Assembly (NCBI GenBank): GCA_033442325.1
Contig: JAWQFM010000027.1
Location: forward strand, 625,420-633,664
DNA length: 8,245 nt
DNA from: Salpingoeca rosetta
Taxonomy: Eukaryota > Protista > Choanoflagellata
Reading direction: 5' to 3'
Under the pieces are notes generated by a model, which saw only the letters and a program-made list of their open reading frames with translations, was not told the origin of the DNA and did no database searches. Made by a program: the position numbers and the translations under genes. Positions within the stretch are counted from its first letter, which is position 1, and each line of letters begins with the position of its first letter. This document shows, in pieces, positions 7,518 through 8,245 of the stretch.

Positions 7518-8245
7518 GTGAGCCTTCAAACCAACGTGTGTTCATCCACGCACGCCCTGCCAGCTGCTGCTGTTGGTTGTGTCCTCGAAGCGTCTCCCTC
7601 ACCACCCTCTTTCGCCACCCTGTTGCTCCTCCCTCGCTTGCCCTCCTTCATGCTCGCCGTTCGGGGGTCACCAGTGTCTGCACTGGTGAGCAGGCAGCTG
7701 TGCGGGAGGCCATGCCAAGTAACGATGAGCATTCTGCGCTCATGGCTCCTCAGAGGTCGGGCAGGTTGTGCATCACAGCAGCGACAGCAGCGACAGCTGC
7801 AGCAAGCGACGGCATGCTTGTGGCAGCAGCGAGAGTGGTAGGATGTGGGAACGTATCCCGTGTCGGGTGTTTAAAGGGCGACGAGTTGTAAGACGAGAGA
7901 AGATGACATGAGAGAAGAGAACGGTGAGGGTGCAACAGTGAACATTGAGCGAGAGTAGGAGCGCTGCAAGTGAGCACTTGCGCATGGTGGACCCGTCACG
8001 ACGATACGTGCACACGTGCACACACGCGCGCACAACAATGGAGGATCACAAGCACAAAACCGCATGATGGCTGGTGAGTTTGGCTAAAGCCTCACAAGCA
8101 ACGACAGCGGCATGACGCGCACAAATGCATTCAGACGGGGTTGGTTGTGTACCTCTGTGGTGCAGTTCGTAGTCTGCGGGTGTGACAGCAGCAACGACAG
8201 CCGCAGCAGCAGCAGCAGCAGTGCCTCGCTTTTGTCATCTGTGCT

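Noticed and set aside
6747-7605. 150-260 aa Cys/Val and His/Thr ORFs on both strands
   Set aside because: Dominated by translated (TG)n and (CA)n repeats.

Overview
Eukaryotic draft-genome window: GC-rich, packed with (CA)n/(GT)n microsatellites, with GTGAGT donor and CAG acceptor motifs and two N gaps (1414-2025, 5468-6115). The style resembles the choanoflagellate Salpingoeca rosetta, which is an inference and not verified. Three + strand coding regions are supported, none of which I can assign to a known family: a partial Arg/Thr-rich CDS ending at 498, a probable membrane-anchored Pro/Thr-rich CDS at 2449-3048, and a strongly codon-biased intronless 245-aa CDS at 3915-4652. There are also several weaker candidate exons. 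Most other listed ORFs are artefacts of microsatellites, N gaps or antisense shadowing. I found no rRNA, tRNA, CRISPR array or recognisable transposase. I cannot demonstrate a new biological system. The best lead is a recurring (GT)n-then-(CA)n complementary arrangement between splice-like signals, with CA tracts sitting where polypyrimidine tracts would be expected.
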